From assembly GCA_965203965.1 (NCBI GenBank), contig CBDBDR010000017.1, positions 64,001-128,000 on the forward strand: DNA of 64,000 nucleotides. Direction: 5' to 3'. This DNA comes from Thermodesulfobacteriota bacterium (GTDB lineage Bacteria; Desulfobacterota_D; UBA1144; Nemesobacterales; JAJCZQ01). A program made the translations under genes and the position numbers. Positions 8,433 through 18,007 of the stretch are shown in pieces (position 1 is the stretch's first letter; each line of letters starts with the position of its first letter). Under the pieces are notes generated by a model. That model was not told where the DNA came from. It did not search any database and was given only the letters and a program-made list of their open reading frames with translations.

Positions 8433-10403
8433 ATGTGTATTCTGGGTGTTGACACGGGCGGGACGTTTACCGACTTTGTGTTTTATGACGGAAAAAATTA
8501 CAGTATATACAAATTGCCCTCAACGCCTGATAATCCTTCTTTAGCTATAAGATCCGGCGCCGACCACTTCAAATTCCTGCCGAACTTATTTGGAAAATTA
8601 AAATTAATTCATGGAACCACCGTTGCGACAAATGCGATTCTTGAACGCAAAGGAGCGGAGGTTTTGTTGTTTACTACGAAAGGGTTTGAAGATGTAATTG
8701 AAATTGGCAGGCAGAACCGCGGTAAGCTCTATTGTCTTTCTTGGAGAAAAAAGCCCCCATTGGTATCAAAGCAGAACAGGGTGGGAATAAAGGGCAGGAT
8801 TAATTACAAGGGGGAAATTCTGGAAGAATTGGCAGTTGATGAGATACGTAGGTTTATAGAAGATCAGAGCATAAAAAAATTTGATACCGTTGCCGTGTGC
8901 TTTATTAACTCGTACGTAAATCCTACCCATGAACTTGAAGCCCAGAAGGTACTAAAAGACCTGGACGTCCCGGTTTCAATATCATACGAGGTAATACCCG
9001 AATTTAGAGAGTATGAAAGGACTTCAACTACTGTGGCAAATTCTTACCTAATACCTAAAGTCAGGGGATACATGGACTCTTTGGATGAAAAGTTAAAAGG
9101 TGCGGATATTTATGTTATGCAGTCCAACGGTGGTGTTATAACTCCAGAGCAAGCGGGAAATGAGCCCGTGAGAATTATTGCTTCCGGACCTGCCGCCGGG
9201 GTGGTTGGAGCTTACAAGATTGCACGCCAGATAGGCATTGATAAGGTGGTAACCTATGATATGGGGGGAACATCTACCGATCTCTCTGTTTGTGACGGTG
9301 AGTTGAATTTTACGACTGAATCTTTAATTGACGGCATTCCAATAAAGACTCCGATGATTGATATTTTTACCATTGGTGCAGGGGGAGGTTCAATTGCCTA
9401 TGCGGATTCCGGTGGAGTATTGAAGGTGGGGCCTCAAAGCGCCGGTGCCAACCCGGGACCGGCATGTTATGGAAAAGGGGAATATCCCACTGTTACAGAT
9501 GCAAATCTTGTGCTGGGAAGAATAAGGGCTGATAATTTTCTGGGTGGAAGAATGAAGGTTGATCCTGAATTGGCAAACGCTTCTATTAAAAGATTGAATG
9601 AGAGTTTTGGAATAGATGAACTTATGCTTGCTGAGATGATAATAAGAGTTGCAAATTCCAATATGGAGCGGGCGATCAAGGTTATTTCAGTTGATAAAGG
9701 CTATGACCCAAGAGAGTTTTCACTTGTTGCCTTTGGTGGTGCAGCGGGGCTTCATGCCTGTGAGTTGGCAAGGAATATTGGTATTAAAAGAGTAATATTT
9801 CCAGTTGACCCAGGTGTTCTTTCTGCACTTGGAATGCTTTTTGCCGATTCTTTCAAGGACTACGGCAAGGGTTTTTTCATGGATTGTAAAGACTCAAACT
9901 TCAGTGTGCTTGAATTTCAGTATAAAGAGTTGGAAAAAAGAGCAGTGGAAGAACTGCAAGGCATATATTCAACTGGTGACAAGGTGGAGTTTGTGAGGTC
10001 AATAGACGTGAGGTATAAGAGGCAATCTCATGAGCTAACCATTCCTTATAGTCATAGATTTATGGATGATTTTCATAGTATGCACCTTAGAAAATACGGC
10101 TTTAACAGTGTTGACAATGTTGTGGAGATAGTAGCTGTAAGAGTAAGAGCCATAATCAGCAAATCAACACTTGAATTGCCTATCTTGAATAATGAGAGGA
10201 CAGAAATAACAAGTAGCGGCTCTTCGGTCTATATTGATAATAAATGGTTTGACATGAAATGTTACTACAGGGATCAGTTCTACGATGGATTTGCTTTTGA
10301 AGGTCCCTCAATTGTTGTCGAGGATACTTCAACCCTGTTTATTCCCGAGGGATTTAGGTGTGTTGTTGACCAATTTGGAAATATGCTTTCAGATCTATAT
10401 TGA
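8433..10403 (+). CDS. Hydantoinase A / oxoprolinase family protein
   Basis: GVDTGGTFTD, HGTTVATNA, SGPAAG, DMGGTSTD, GAGGGSIA, SAGANPGPACYG. Confidence 0.92.
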   Translation: MCILGVDTGGTFTDFVFYDGKNYSIYKLPSTPDNPSLAIRSGADHFKFLPNLFGKLKLIHGTTVATNAILERKGAEVLLFTTKGFEDVIEIGRQNRGKLYCLSWRKKPPLVSKQNRVGIKGRINYKGEILEELAVDEIRRFIEDQSIKKFDTVAVCFINSYVNPTHELEAQKVLKDLDVPVSISYEVIPEFREYERTSTTVANSYLIPKVRGYMDSLDEKLKGADIYVMQSNGGVITPEQAGNEPVRIIASGPAAGVVGAYKIARQIGIDKVVTYDMGGTSTDLSVCDGELNFTTESLIDGIPIKTPMIDIFTIGAGGGSIAYADSGGVLKVGPQSAGANPGPACYGKGEYPTVTDANLVLGRIRADNFLGGRMKVDPELANASIKRLNESFGIDELMLAEMIIRVANSNMERAIKVISVDKGYDPREFSLVAFGGAAGLHACELARNIGIKRVIFPVDPGVLSALGMLFADSFKDYGKGFFMDCKDSNFSVLEFQYKELEKRAVEELQGIYSTGDKVEFVRSIDVRYKRQSHELTIPYSHRFMDDFHSMHLRKYGFNSVDNVVEIVAVRVRAIISKSTLELPILNNERTEITSSGSSVYIDNKWFDMKCYYRDQFYDGFAFEGPSIVVEDTSTLFIPEGFRCVVDQFGNMLSDLY

Positions 10404-10443
10404 AGTATTGAAAAAAAATCAAACCACATAGTAGGTTGTAAAC

Positions 10444-12276
10444 ATGAAAAACGAGTTTGCGGTAATAATTACAAGTTATAACTTGGGTAAATACCTCAAG
10501 AAAGCTATTGATTCCGTCCATAAGCAAACGTTAAAAGACGTTCAATTAATCGTTGTTGATGATTGTTCGGATGATCCTGAGACAGTTCGTATTTTAGACG
10601 AGATTTCAAACAGTGTTCAAGTAATAAGAATGAAAGAGAATAAAGGAGTTTCATCAGCGAGAAATGAAGGTATAAGAAATTCAGATTCCAAATATATCTG
10701 CTGTCTTGACGGTGATGATTATATGGAGCCGACTTATTTAGAGAAAGCAAAGAGCATATTTGAAAGCCACAAAGAGGTGGGGATTGTAGCCTGTCACACG
10801 CGTTGTTTTGGGATGCTGAGTATCAGGTGGAAAGTTCAGGAAAACAGGACAGATCTAATTAGTATGTTGAAGAATAATGAACTTTATTCAGCCTCGTGTG
10901 TAAGAAGAGAAGCATCTGTCAAAGCGGGTATGTATGATGAAAAAATGAGAAATGATGAAGATTGGGAATATTGGATAAGGGTAATTAAGGACGGGTGGAA
11001 AGTAAAAGTGATCCCAGAATATTTATTCAATTACCGCCAGCGTAAGAATTCAAAGCGGGAAATAACCAAGAACAATGCAGACATTAACTATTCTCATATC
11101 ATAAGAAGTCACAAAAAATTATATGAGAAACACCTGGTTGAAATTCTTAGTGGTAAACATTTAGAGATGATGAATTTATTAGGTTATATAGGAAATTTAC
11201 AGGTGGTCAGAATTGCTTTACGTATTTTATATTTATTTAACGTGGAAATGGTAGGTTGCATACCTAATATGAAGAGTTTTAAGATAGTCAGGATTTGGTC
11301 ATATCCTTTAAGTAAGTGTAAAAAACTCTTCTTTAAGAGTTTCTCAAAACAGGATATGAGAAAAGTAGCAGAAAACTCAAACGAGTTTGCGGTAATAATT
11401 ACAAGTTATAACTTGGGTAAATACCTCAAGAAAGCTATTGATTCGGTTCATAAACAAACTTTAAAAGATGTTCAATTAGTCGTTGTTGATGATTGCTCGG
11501 ATGATCCTGAGACAGTTCGTATTTTAGATGAAATTTCGGACAGTGTTCAAGTAATAAGAATGAAAGAGAATAAAGGAGTTTCATCAGCACGTAATGAGGG
11601 TATAAAAAATACGAATTCCAAGTATATCTGTTGTCTTGATGCGGATGATTATATAGAGCCGACTTATTTAGAGAAAGCAAGGAATATATTTGAAAGCCAC
11701 AAAGAAGTGGGAATTGTAACCTGCCATATACGTTGTTTTGGGATGCTGAGTATTAAGTGTAAAGTTCAAGAAGACAGAACAGATCTAATTAGTATGTTAA
11801 AGAATAATGAACTTCGTTCACCATCATGTTGCGTCAGAAGGTGTGCATCTGTCAAAGCAGGTATGTATGATGAAAAAATGGGAAGCCATGCAGATTGGGA
11901 ATATGGGATAAAAATAGTTAAAGACAGTTGGAAGGTAAAAGTGATACCAGAGTATTTAATCAATTATTGCAGACGCAAGAATTCAATGTGGGAAACATCC
12001 AAGGGGAATTCGGATATTTATTATTCTCATATTATCAATAATCACAAAGAGCTATATGAGAAACACTTGGTTGAAATTCTTAGTGGTAAACATTTGGAGA
12101 TGGTGAATATACGAGGCTACATGAGGAGTTTTCTGATAGTGAGAATTGCTTTATATATCTTGTATGTTTTGAATTTAGAAATGGTAAGTTACCAGTTTAA
12201 TATAAAAAGCATCCGTTTAGTAAGAATTGCAACACGCATGTTAAATAGTGGGTCTAGAATTTTCAAATTGTTTTAG
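10444..12276 (+). CDS. Glycosyltransferase with two tandem GT2 domains
   Basis: Two copies of VIITSYN...VVDDCSDD...GVSSARNEG...CLD(G/A)DD...DWE. Confidence 0.92.
   Translation: MKNEFAVIITSYNLGKYLKKAIDSVHKQTLKDVQLIVVDDCSDDPETVRILDEISNSVQVIRMKENKGVSSARNEGIRNSDSKYICCLDGDDYMEPTYLEKAKSIFESHKEVGIVACHTRCFGMLSIRWKVQENRTDLISMLKNNELYSASCVRREASVKAGMYDEKMRNDEDWEYWIRVIKDGWKVKVIPEYLFNYRQRKNSKREITKNNADINYSHIIRSHKKLYEKHLVEILSGKHLEMMNLLGYIGNLQVVRIALRILYLFNVEMVGCIPNMKSFKIVRIWSYPLSKCKKLFFKSFSKQDMRKVAENSNEFAVIITSYNLGKYLKKAIDSVHKQTLKDVQLVVVDDCSDDPETVRILDEISDSVQVIRMKENKGVSSARNEGIKNTNSKYICCLDADDYIEPTYLEKARNIFESHKEVGIVTCHIRCFGMLSIKCKVQEDRTDLISMLKNNELRSPSCCVRRCASVKAGMYDEKMGSHADWEYGIKIVKDSWKVKVIPEYLINYCRRKNSMWETSKGNSDIYYSHIINNHKELYEKHLVEILSGKHLEMVNIRGYMRSFLIVRIALYILYVLNLEMVSYQFNIKSIRLVRIATRMLNSGSRIFKLF
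10449..12230 (+). repeat. Intragenic direct duplication, offset 930 bp (copy 1 from 10449, copy 2 from 11379)
   Basis: 10449-10514 is identical to 11379-11444 (66 nt). High similarity continues for about 800 nt and decays towards the 3' ends. End coordinate approximate. Confidence 0.92.
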
Positions 12277-13646
12277 GCAGTTTTTCTTGTAAAATCATCC
12301 TTTATCTTTATAAGAGTTTCCTCCCAAAGGTCATAAACTTTCTCAGGAGTGTAGAGTTTTGCAGTTTCTATTCCATTTTGTCCTAATTTTTCTCTCATCT
12401 CGGCGTTTACAATAAGTTTTTCCAAACATGCAGCAAGACTTTCAACAGGGTTATTTCCGTCAGCTAACAATCCATTGTATTCATGCTGAACTAAATAGTT
12501 TACTCCCTTTGCATTATCAAATCCTACTGATGGTAGTCCGTGAGCCATAGCTTCAACTAAAGTAAGCCCAAACCCTTCAAACTTGGAAGGCATGGCAAAG
12601 ACATGGGCTTTTCTGTATTGTTCATAAATATTGTCAGTATTACCCATCAGTATTATTCTGTCCTGAAGTTCCAGTTCATGTATTTGGCTTGTCAATTCTT
12701 CTCTTAATTTCCCGTCTCCAAAGATTTTTACTTGCCAGTTTGGATACTGATGGGATACCCTCGCAAAAGACTCTACTAAAACTGAATGATTTTTTTGTTC
12801 TACTAACCTTCCCACTGCAAGAATAGTTTTAGGTTCAGTTTCTGTGGCAGGTTTTGATCTTTCTTTAGAAGCTATTTGAGGTATGGGATTTGGAATAATG
12901 TGAACCTTGTTCTGCAGAAGTTCTGGTAATTCAGTTTTACCTTCTGGTAATAAAACTGTAATAGCGTCTATCAATTCCAATGATTTGTTAAATTTTGCAA
13001 GCCCTGCCGGGTGTATTCTCTTAACCCATTTTAGATTATGTTCTAAAATGTTATGAAAGCTGAATACAATGGGAAAATCTCTGTCGGTAAGCATATATGG
13101 CACGTGTATGAATAAGCGTGATGGCATAAAAAATATCAAGATGTCTGGTTTATGCTGTTTTATAATTCCTTGCCAATTGAATATATATCTAAAAGCAAGA
13201 TGTAGAAGTCTCCAGCTATATTCGCTCGCATAGTGGCTCAATTTTGAAGGTGTTTTTTCACTTGATAGTGGTTTAGGAGGATCGGAGTTTTTAAACAAGG
13301 AAGATGGAATTTGTATTAACTGATTTACTTTTTTATAGATTTTGTCTCTGTATTTTGCAACATTTATAAAAAACTCAAATTTTATTCTGTCTATTAAACC
13401 ATTTGATGATCCAATCAGGTTGCAGTCTTTAACTTCTGGCAAAATAGGATACATAAATTCGTCTCTATTCTTTGTATCAATACAAAAAATTGTTACATCG
13501 TGCTTTCTGACAATAAGTTCATTGGCAAGCTCTATCAACACTCTTTCTGCTCCTCCTTTAGTGGAGAGGTTTTTATTAATGTTTTGTATGACAAAGCCTA
13601 TTTTCATTTTTTGATTCGTTGCGACTATAGATAAAAAGATGGACAC
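12273..13646 (-). CDS. GT4 family glycosyltransferase (start may be ATG 13607)
   Basis: GGAERV, AVGRLVEQKNH, PSKFEGFGLTLVEAMAHGLP. Confidence 0.92.
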   Translation of the reverse strand: MSIFLSIVATNQKMKIGFVIQNINKNLSTKGGAERVLIELANELIVRKHDVTIFCIDTKNRDEFMYPILPEVKDCNLIGSSNGLIDRIKFEFFINVAKYRDKIYKKVNQLIQIPSSLFKNSDPPKPLSSEKTPSKLSHYASEYSWRLLHLAFRYIFNWQGIIKQHKPDILIFFMPSRLFIHVPYMLTDRDFPIVFSFHNILEHNLKWVKRIHPAGLAKFNKSLELIDAITVLLPEGKTELPELLQNKVHIIPNPIPQIASKERSKPATETEPKTILAVGRLVEQKNHSVLVESFARVSHQYPNWQVKIFGDGKLREELTSQIHELELQDRIILMGNTDNIYEQYRKAHVFAMPSKFEGFGLTLVEAMAHGLPSVGFDNAKGVNYLVQHEYNGLLADGNNPVESLAACLEKLIVNAEMREKLGQNGIETAKLYTPEKVYDLWEETLIKIKDDFTRKTA

Positions 13647-13821
13647 TAATACTATGTTGTATTAAGTATTTAAATTATTTCTTTATTACTACATTTGGTG
13701 TGATACAAGACATTATACAGACGCTAAGAGACCTCATCAAATATGTGGCGATGCCATTAGGGAAATACGCAAAATTAAATAATTCATATTTGTAAGGATT
13801 TTGCTTAGCTTTTGTATAAAG

Positions 13822-14547
13822 CTAATTGACTACTTCCTCTTTCTCAATGCAACCTTTATTTATATAATAGATACGATCAGTCAGGTTTTTCATCTGGTCA
13901 AAGTTATGAGTGATTATAAAAAATGTTTTCTCACTGTCTTTTATCATCTGGTGAATTTTTGTTCTGCATTTATCACGGAAAGACTGGTCACCCACGGCTA
14001 AAACCTCGTCTAAAAGAAATACATTAGCGTTGCTGTGAATGGCAACTGCAAAGCCCAATCTTATAACCATTCCTGATGAGTACTGTTTTACGGGCATGTC
14101 CAGAAATTTTTCCTCCAGTTCTGTAAATTCCATAATTTTATCCAAACGGCTCTTTATCTGCTTTATTGACATTCCAAGAATTACACCATTAGTGTAAATA
14201 TTTTCTTTCCCAGTCAGTTCGGGATGAAACCCTGCTCCGACCGATATTAGCGGTGCAACTATGCCTTTTAATTTAATACCGCCCTTTGTTGGATAAGTAA
14301 CTTTGGCAAGCAGCTTTATGATCGTTGTTTTTCCCGAGCCATTTGGACCATAAAGCCCAACTGATTCACCTTTATTGACGGTGATGTTTATATCCTTTAA
14401 CGCCCAGAATTCATTACTCTTTTTAGTAGTTTTTTTGCTATTGGAGAAAAAGAATTCAATGTTTTCTCGCAAAGTGTTGTGGAATCTTCTCTTGACCCTG
14501 AATTTTTTCCAGACGTTTTTAATTTCTATTACAGGCTCAGATGACAT
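13822..14547 (-). CDS. wzt: Polysaccharide ABC exporter ATP-binding subunit (Wzt-like, no C-terminal carbohydrate-binding domain)
   Basis: FWALKDI, GPNGSGKTT, GAGFHPELTG, YSSGM, DEVLAVGD. Confidence 0.9.
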   Translation of the reverse strand: MSSEPVIEIKNVWKKFRVKRRFHNTLRENIEFFFSNSKKTTKKSNEFWALKDINITVNKGESVGLYGPNGSGKTTIIKLLAKVTYPTKGGIKLKGIVAPLISVGAGFHPELTGKENIYTNGVILGMSIKQIKSRLDKIMEFTELEEKFLDMPVKQYSSGMVIRLGFAVAIHSNANVFLLDEVLAVGDQSFRDKCRTKIHQMIKDSEKTFFIITHNFDQMKNLTDRIYYINKGCIEKEEVVN

Positions 14548-15316
14548 CCGCGAAATTTTTCTCCATTTTGGTAAACAGCTTGCTTGAGATGTAAAACAGT
14601 ATCAATACAAGAGCAGAAGAAAAAGCTAATTGCCACAGTGTAACATTTCTTCCTTCCAACAAACATCTTCTTATGTTTTCAATAATGAACGTCATGGGGT
14701 TCAAGAATACAAGCAATTTAAGTTCCAGACTCAGTTTGTCTATGGAGTAAAGAATAGGGGAAGCAAAAAACAAAAGTTGCAGAATAAATTTTGAAATAAG
14801 TCCTACGTCAGTGTAGTAAACGTTCAGGCTTGATATTATCAATGACATTGACAAGGTAAAAAGCAGTAGCAGGAACATAAGAGGAATAATCCACAATATG
14901 GCAAAACTCACCTGTATCTTGAAAAATATCATCATTAAGGCAAAAAGAATTGATGAAATCATCATGTCAATAAATGCAACTGCAATTCCCGACAACGGAA
15001 GTATTTCTCTGGGAAAATAGATCTTTGTGACCAACTCGCGGTTGAATACAATACTGTTGATTGAATAGTCCCAAGAAGAAGCAAAAAACATCCAGGGGAG
15101 TAACGCGCTGTAGAAAAACACCGGTCGTGGATAGTCTCCGACTTTGAGCTTTAGCACGTAGGTGAAAATAAAGGTGAACAGCAGCATCAGGCTTAACGGT
15201 TGAAGCAATGCCCATAAGGCACCGAGGATGCTATTTTTGTATCTTACGCTGAACTCTTTCCATATCAATATGTAAAGGAGTTCTTTATAGGGAAGCAGTC
15301 TTGATATTAGGTTCAT
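14537..15316 (-). CDS. wzm: Polysaccharide ABC exporter permease (Wzm-like)
   Basis: RYKNSILGALWALLQPL, KIYFPREILP, LNPM, multiple TM helices. Confidence 0.9.
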   Translation of the reverse strand: MNLISRLLPYKELLYILIWKEFSVRYKNSILGALWALLQPLSLMLLFTFIFTYVLKLKVGDYPRPVFFYSALLPWMFFASSWDYSINSIVFNRELVTKIYFPREILPLSGIAVAFIDMMISSILFALMMIFFKIQVSFAILWIIPLMFLLLLFTLSMSLIISSLNVYYTDVGLISKFILQLLFFASPILYSIDKLSLELKLLVFLNPMTFIIENIRRCLLEGRNVTLWQLAFSSALVLILFYISSKLFTKMEKNFADVI

Positions 15317-15369
15317 TGTGAGTGTTACTTGATTCCGTTCCCTTAACCTTTTGCCTCATAATATCTTAA

Positions 15370-16077
15370 TTGGAAATCCGATTGAGAAATGTTATGACTT
15401 CAACTTTGGATAATATAAAATTTTTAAGTTTTCCGATTTTATTATATACAATTCTACGTATTTTGAACCACACAATAGTGAATTCAGCCGCGACTTTGAA
15501 TAAAAATCTGCTCTACAACTTGGAAAAATATTATAAGTATAGAAAGCCGGGAAAGGTAACTGAAGACAATAACTATATCCACGCTTCGGTTGCTGTGATT
15601 TTAAACAGTGAACTGGAAATACTGTTTATTAAAAGACCTGAAGTTTCAGGCGATCCTTATTCGGGACACGTGGCTTTTCCTGGGGGCAAAAGTAATAAGG
15701 AGGACATAGACCCCAGATTTACTGCCGTCAGGGAAGTGAGCGAGGAAGTTGGAATTGACCTTGAAAAAGAGGCGAGAATAGTCAGTGATATGGACCAAGT
15801 AAAATCGTTAAATCCACAAGGTACCGGCTATATAGTTACGCCATTTTTTGCAATTATGGAGGAGGCAAAGGATCTTGTAGTTAGCAGTGAAGTTGAGAGA
15901 TGTATATGGGTTTCTTTATTTCATCTTCTTGACAGTTGCAACATGAGAGTAAGAGTTAAAGAGAGACCAGGTAGGAATGTAAAAGATTTTGTGTATGAAT
16001 ACGATAATTATATTATATGGGGTATGACGGGGAAAATTGTGAATTCATTTATAGAAGATGTTTCTATTATTATCTAA
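15370..16077 (+). CDS. Nudix CoA pyrophosphatase family protein (true start probably downstream, near 15478-15496)
   Basis: SGHVAFPGG, AVREVSEEVG Nudix box, IWGMTG. Confidence 0.85.
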   Translation: MEIRLRNVMTSTLDNIKFLSFPILLYTILRILNHTIVNSAATLNKNLLYNLEKYYKYRKPGKVTEDNNYIHASVAVILNSELEILFIKRPEVSGDPYSGHVAFPGGKSNKEDIDPRFTAVREVSEEVGIDLEKEARIVSDMDQVKSLNPQGTGYIVTPFFAIMEEAKDLVVSSEVERCIWVSLFHLLDSCNMRVRVKERPGRNVKDFVYEYDNYIIWGMTGKIVNSFIEDVSIII

Positions 16078-16153
16078 GTATTAATGTTAATTAGATTTGT
16101 TCTAATAAATTTTTGGTTTGCGGTTTACATAGATCTTTATAAGGGGGTAAGTT

Positions 16154-16588
16154 ATGTCAGTAAACAAGGCTATTTTAATAGGTAATCTGGGAGGTGACCC
16201 CGAGGTTCGCTACACTGCAAGCGGTCAGGCGGTCGCAAATTTCACGATTGCTACGAGTGAAGTGTTTTATGATAAGGATAAAAACAAGCAGGAACGTACT
16301 GAATGGCACAGAATTGTAGCTTGGGATAGGTTGGCTGAAATATGCGGAGAATACCTTACAAAGGGTAGGTCAGTTTACATTGAGGGCAAGATACAGACCA
16401 GATCTTGGGAGGATAAGGAAGGGAATAAAAGATGGACTACTGAGATAGTTGCTAGACAGATGCAGATGCTGGGACAAGCTGGCGAAAGATCCGGGCAAAC
16501 CTCTTCACGTAAAGACCTTGAGGATCCCCCTGATAATTTCAGTTTTGATGAAAACTCCGTAAACACCGATGATGACATCCCTTTTTAA
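16154..16588 (+). CDS. ssb: Single-stranded DNA-binding protein
   Basis: [26 protein letters not shown]-terminal DDDIPF. Confidence 0.97.
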   Translation: MSVNKAILIGNLGGDPEVRYTASGQAVANFTIATSEVFYDKDKNKQERTEWHRIVAWDRLAEICGEYLTKGRSVYIEGKIQTRSWEDKEGNKRWTTEIVARQMQMLGQAGERSGQTSSRKDLEDPPDNFSFDENSVNTDDDIPF

Positions 16589-16630
16589 CTTCCACCTTTG
16601 TAATTCCATCTTAAAAACATGGATACATAG

Positions 16631-18007
16631 ATGTCCCTGATAGCACTGACTCTTGCAGCCGGGAGGGGCACAAGGATGAAATCGGACTTGCCAAAGGTCA
16701 TTCATCCTATTCTTAACAAACCCATGATAAGATACGTTGTTGATGCTGTCAGCCTTGCAAAACCTTCTAAGATATACATTGTTGCTAGATACAAGAAGGA
16801 TTTAATCAGCAGTTGTTTGGAAAACTGCAACCTGAAGGTTGAGTATGTTTTTCAAGAACGCCAGCTTGGAACAGGACACGCGGTTTTCATCGCCCAATCA
16901 AAACTCAAATCCCACAAGGGTAATATTCTCATAGTTAACGGGGATTCTCCTGCGATTACTGGAGGTGAGTTGAGAAAATTAGTCAGAAAGCATTCAAAAA
17001 GCGGCGCCGCGATTTCTTTAATAACTGCTGAAGTGGAAAATCCCCATGGATATGGTCGTATGGTTCGGGATAGTAATAATAAGGTGCAAGGCATAATTGA
17101 GGAAAAAGATGCCACGGCTAAAGAAAAGAAAATCAGAGAGATTAATTCAGGAATATACTGCGTTAGGTCAGATTTTTTATGGGATGCTTTGAGAAACTTG
17201 AGGTCGGATAATGAGCAGGGGGAGTATTACCTGCCTGGTATAGTGGGTTATGCCGTTAGCAAAGGTTTGAAGGTCATTGTCAATAATATTTCCGATCCAA
17301 ATGAGATATTGGGTGTAAACAACAGATTGGAGCTTTCAGTTATGGAGAACTATTTAAGGTCAAAAATAGTGAAAAAGCTCTGTGTGTCCGGTGTTACAAT
17401 TATAGATCCCGAATCCACTTTTATTGCTCCCGACGTGAAAATTGGAAGTGATACGGTCATTTATCCCGGCACTTATATCTATGGTGATACAAAAACTGGA
17501 AGCTCATGCACAATTGGACCGAACGTTTATATGGAGAATTGTAACGTGGGTAAGAATGTCAAGATAAGATTTTCTTCATATTTAGACAGATCTAAGATAG
17601 GTAATGATACTATTGTTGGACCATTCGCACATTTAAGACCGGGGGCACACGTAGGAGACGGTTCAAAAATAGGGAATTTTGTAGAGATCAAAAAATCGAA
17701 AATTGGTGGTGGAAGTAAGATTCCGCACCTGTCTTATGTTGGTGATGCGATTGTGGGAAAAAAAGTCAATATAGGTGCCGGCACCATTACCTGTAATTAT
17801 GATGGAGTCAATAAGCATCAAACTATAATAGAGGACAACGTGTTTATAGGAAGTGACAGTATGCTTGTTGCTCCCATCAAGGTAGGCAAGGGAGCCGTTA
17901 CGGCAGCAGGATCAACTATAACAAAAGATGTTGACAGGGATTCTCTTGCTATTGAGAGAAGCCAGCAAAAAATAATTAAAGGCTGGAATAAAAGGAATAA
18001 AAGATAA
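16631..18007 (+). CDS. glmU: Bifunctional UDP-GlcNAc pyrophosphorylase / glucosamine-1-phosphate acetyltransferase
   Basis: LAAGRGTRMKS, GPFAHLRP, HLSYVGDA, TCNYDG, hexapeptide repeats. Confidence 0.96.
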   Translation: MSLIALTLAAGRGTRMKSDLPKVIHPILNKPMIRYVVDAVSLAKPSKIYIVARYKKDLISSCLENCNLKVEYVFQERQLGTGHAVFIAQSKLKSHKGNILIVNGDSPAITGGELRKLVRKHSKSGAAISLITAEVENPHGYGRMVRDSNNKVQGIIEEKDATAKEKKIREINSGIYCVRSDFLWDALRNLRSDNEQGEYYLPGIVGYAVSKGLKVIVNNISDPNEILGVNNRLELSVMENYLRSKIVKKLCVSGVTIIDPESTFIAPDVKIGSDTVIYPGTYIYGDTKTGSSCTIGPNVYMENCNVGKNVKIRFSSYLDRSKIGNDTIVGPFAHLRPGAHVGDGSKIGNFVEIKKSKIGGGSKIPHLSYVGDAIVGKKVNIGAGTITCNYDGVNKHQTIIEDNVFIGSDSMLVAPIKVGKGAVTAAGSTITKDVDRDSLAIERSQQKIIKGWNKRNKR

